DNA of 64,000 nt, taken from contig CAVYRF010000002.1 of the NCBI GenBank assembly GCA_963770895.1, forward strand, positions 5,216,001-5,280,000, in the 5' to 3' direction. Below, piece by piece: positions 62,401 through 64,000 of the stretch. Numbering within the stretch: the first letter of the stretch is position 1; every line of letters starts with the position of its first letter. The notes under the pieces were generated by a model. That model worked only from the letters and a program-made list of their open reading frames with translations. It made no database searches and was not told the DNA's origin. The DNA comes from an uncultured Acidobacteriota bacterium (lineage in GTDB: Bacteria > Acidobacteriota > Thermoanaerobaculia > Multivoradales > UBA5704). Both the position numbers and the translations under genes were made by a program.

Positions 62401-64000
62401 GGAAGTTGAGGCCGTCTACCCCGTAGTACTCGTTGGTGAGCCAGAACGTGCAGCCGTCGGGGTCGAGCGCCATGCCGGTGTAGTCACCCCAGCGGATGCA
62501 GGCCGAGCCGCCGCAGTTGCCGGTCTGGGTGCCGGTGCCCTGGAAAAAGAGCTGCTCGGTCTGGCTGAAGGTGTTCACCGGATCCGTCGCCAGGCGGCCG
62601 GCGTACCGGACCGCCGGCTTGGTCGTGCTGTTCGAGGTGCTGTAGCCGAGGGCCATGTCCCCCGCCCGGTCGATCGCCAGGCTGGGCACGAAGCGATACG
62701 TGACGTTGGCGCCGTCCGGGTCCCAGGTCGTGGCCTGCGGCAGGGCGGCGGCCACGGTGCCGCCGGTCACGGTCACCTGGTACCAGCGCGGCGCGGCGAA
62801 GCCGGTGGTGTTCTGGCGCCGCACCGTATGCGCTGCCCAGAGAGATTCGACGCCGCCGAAATTGGTGTACTGGTTCTGCATCATGCCGCGGATCTGGAGG
62901 ACGTCGAGGCTGTTGCCGCCCAGGGAGGGGGCGTTCGGCACCGACGCGTTCGGCCAGCTGGTGGCAGCCAGGGGCGTGTCCGGGCCGGTGAAGGTCGACG
63001 TCGAGAGGCGGTTCCAGTCGACGTGGAACTTGTAGACGCTCAATGCGTTGGTGAACTGCCAGGTGGAGACGAAATAGTTGGGGCTGCCGGCGGGCGGCGT
63101 GCCGGTCTGCAGCCGTGCGTTGCTCGGCAGGAGCGCGAAGTCGGCCGCCGGGGCGTCGAAGGTGACCACCTGGACGGTCGGGGCGCCGGCGTACATCTGC
63201 GCCTTGTTGAGCGCAAAGACCCGCGGGTTCTGAAACGGCGCTCCGGAAGGGTAGCCGAACACGTTCGCCGACATGTAGAGGCCGTCCGGCCAGATGCCGA
63301 ACTTCGGATAGTCGCCGAGCCCGTTGGCGATGTGGATCGAGTAGAAGTTCCAGCCGCCGCTCACCGGATCGCCGCTCTTCGACACCGCGAAGCACTGAAA
63401 GGCGCCGGGTGGATTGACGATATTGCCGGAACCGTCGACTTCGAACGCGAAGTCGGTGATGATCCAGCGGTCCTCGAACGTGTCGTAGAGCACGACCGGA
63501 TCGCCGAAGTTGTTGGTGTCGCACAGGTTGCCGAAGTTGCCCTGGCTCATGAAGGCGTCGAAGGTGAACGCCGCGATCTGGCTGCCGCTCTTGCTGTAGA
63601 TGCCGATCGAAGTGTTCATCGCTTGCATGAAGTAGGTCGGTCCCACGTCGCCCACCGGGTCAGGAGGGTGGCCGGCGCCCCAGGTGGCGAAGTCGAGGCC
63701 GTCGAAGCTCGCCGACGGCGCCGGCGCGGCCGCCAACGGGACGTTCATCCGCGGCGCTGGGGCGGCCAGCGGCGGCACGCCGGGGAGCTCCACCGGCTCC
63801 GGGTCCGGCTCCTCGAGCTCGGGCCGCTCGAACTTTCTGGGCTTGACCTGGGGCAGCCGGCGCAGGTCGATCTCGACGCTCCCCGCCCGCTGCATCGCCA
63901 TCTCGTGCGGTCTGGTTGCGGCTGGCAGGTAGGTCGCCTTCACCTCGCCGCGCTCCTGGGCCGCGGCGCTGCCGGCACCGATCAGGCACGGCAGGACGAG
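59486..64000 (-). CDS. Large surface protein with DUF11 repeats and IPTL-CTERM sorting signal; 5' end outside the window
   Basis: C-terminal APIPTLSTLGLLLLALGLGGAAFVRLRRRK; repeated DLAIT..PGGSVTYTIT..N.GPS..NNSATDTD; frame open to the edge. Confidence 0.9.
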   Translation of the reverse strand, partial: LVLPCLIGAGSAAAQERGEVKATYLPAATRPHEMAMQRAGSVEIDLRRLPQVKPRKFERPELEEPDPEPVELPGVPPLAAPAPRMNVPLAAAPAPSASFDGLDFATWGAGHPPDPVGDVGPTYFMQAMNTSIGIYSKSGSQIAAFTFDAFMSQGNFGNLCDTNNFGDPVVLYDTFEDRWIITDFAFEVDGSGNIVNPPGAFQCFAVSKSGDPVSGGWNFYSIHIANGLGDYPKFGIWPDGLYMSANVFGYPSGAPFQNPRVFALNKAQMYAGAPTVQVVTFDAPAADFALLPSNARLQTGTPPAGSPNYFVSTWQFTNALSVYKFHVDWNRLSTSTFTGPDTPLAATSWPNASVPNAPSLGGNSLDVLQIRGMMQNQYTNFGGVESLWAAHTVRRQNTTGFAAPRWYQVTVTGGTVAAALPQATTWDPDGANVTYRFVPSLAIDRAGDMALGYSTSNSTTKPAVRYAGRLATDPVNTFSQTEQLFFQGTGTQTGNCGGSACIRWGDYTGMALDPDGCTFWLTNEYYGVDGLNFLTRVGSFSYPSCTPVGAGGTLSGTVTATVGGAPIAGATVRLGSRTTTTDGAGSYAFASLPAGTYPTASASDPGSVSSTASGIVVSDGNTTTQNFSLATADTSACLTDTTQADFQTGTPTNVDLTASPGDVVLAKPDIDQQSTTLGTSGVGITTTTWGGQTFTPSRSGTLTAADINLFCSGCTGTTPNLTLSLRATSGGLPTGADLAAATITGFSSGAAAFYTATFSSPPSLTAGTQYAIVIRPTANPSPGTYALTRSGTSTAGSDVYPGGSRVSGATSGTVWSIPLTGGVSTDAGFKIHVDSGFGSSGDLISGVKDSNPPAGDTPTWTTLSWTATVPANTTLQFQAAASNSPSGPFAFVGPDGTAATYFTTSGASLSQFNGFQYLEYRAFFATSDATVSPTLNDVTACYDDEAPPDLGITVTDGVTEATPGGSVTYTINASNSSPLPATGATVADTFPAALTCTWTCVGAGGGTCTAAGSGNINDTVNLPAGASVTYTASCTISAAATGTISDTATVSFATDPNPANNSGTDTDTLTPQADLAITATDGVTTATPGGSVTYTITGSNAGPSNATGATVADTFPASLTCTWTCVGAGGGTCTAAGSGNINGTVNLPAGASVTYTASCNVAAAATGTVSNTATVTAPAGVTDPTPGNNSATDTDTLAASADLAITATDGVTTATPGGSVTYTITASNAGPSNAAGATVADTFPASLTCTWTCLGAGGGTCTASGAGNINGTVNLPAGASVTYTASCNVAAAATGTVSNTATVTAPAGVTDPTPGNNSATDTDTITQPLGATVTGTKTVSGGPYAVGGTVTYTVTLHNSGAGAQADNPGNEFTDILPGGLTLVSATASSGAAAANTGSNTVTWNGAIPAGGSVTITITATILASAAGETVSNQGSISYDSDGNGTNDATAVTDDPGVGGPADPTNFTVAATSAPIPTLSTLGLLLLALGLGGAAFVRLRRRKTA
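60031..61160 (-). repeat. Three tandem DUF11-coding repeats (spacing 384 and 375 bp)
   Basis: Units starting at 60031 and 60415 are nearly identical at DNA level; the third is slightly shorter. Confidence 0.9.

Noticed and set aside
1-64000. CRISPR array
   Set aside because: No regularly spaced 25-40 bp repeats with unique spacers were seen, including near the cas3 fragment.

Overview
GC-rich bacterial window. An IPTL-CTERM protein and KLxLxRETxRxL peptide leaders suggest Acidobacteriota/Thermoanaerobaculia, but this is inference. Host-like genes flank the window: a UbiB/AarF kinase on the left; TetR, SDRs and a large DUF11 surface protein on the right. Between them lie two tandem integrative elements bounded by three copies of the 3' half of tRNA-Phe(GAA) at 3984, 38124 and 53083. 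No intact tRNA is present. Both elements share one layout: att, Phd/UPF0175 TA module, excisionase-like HTH, replication gene, cargo, small HTH genes, tyrosine integrase, att. Their replicons differ. Element A (3984-38170) has an HUH rolling-circle Rep fused to a Cys-rich basic domain and split by IS4. Element B (38124-53097) has a Zn-finger/TOPRIM primase split by IS256 plus a terminase-small-subunit-like gene, so it looks like a phage satellite (PICI-like). Cargo is mostly anti-phage-like: an Ec67-type RT-TOPRIM retron with its msr-msd ncRNA, an ApeA-like HEPN protein, two giant nuclease-headed proteins (2026 and 1267 aa), a HerA-like ATPase, an NDT-domain protein and several TA modules. Five IS elements have mappable ends and target duplications (IS4, a 4-ORF IS21, IS630, IS256, IS1182-like); an IS3 has ends but no clean duplication. 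A complete group IIC intron is present. The last att is cut by an antisense group II intron 3' remnant, followed by two orphan Cys/Ser/Thr-rich RiPP precursor genes, one missed by the ORF track. A short cas3 fragment sits near 59.3 kb. All family assignments come from motif recognition by eye; no searches were run.
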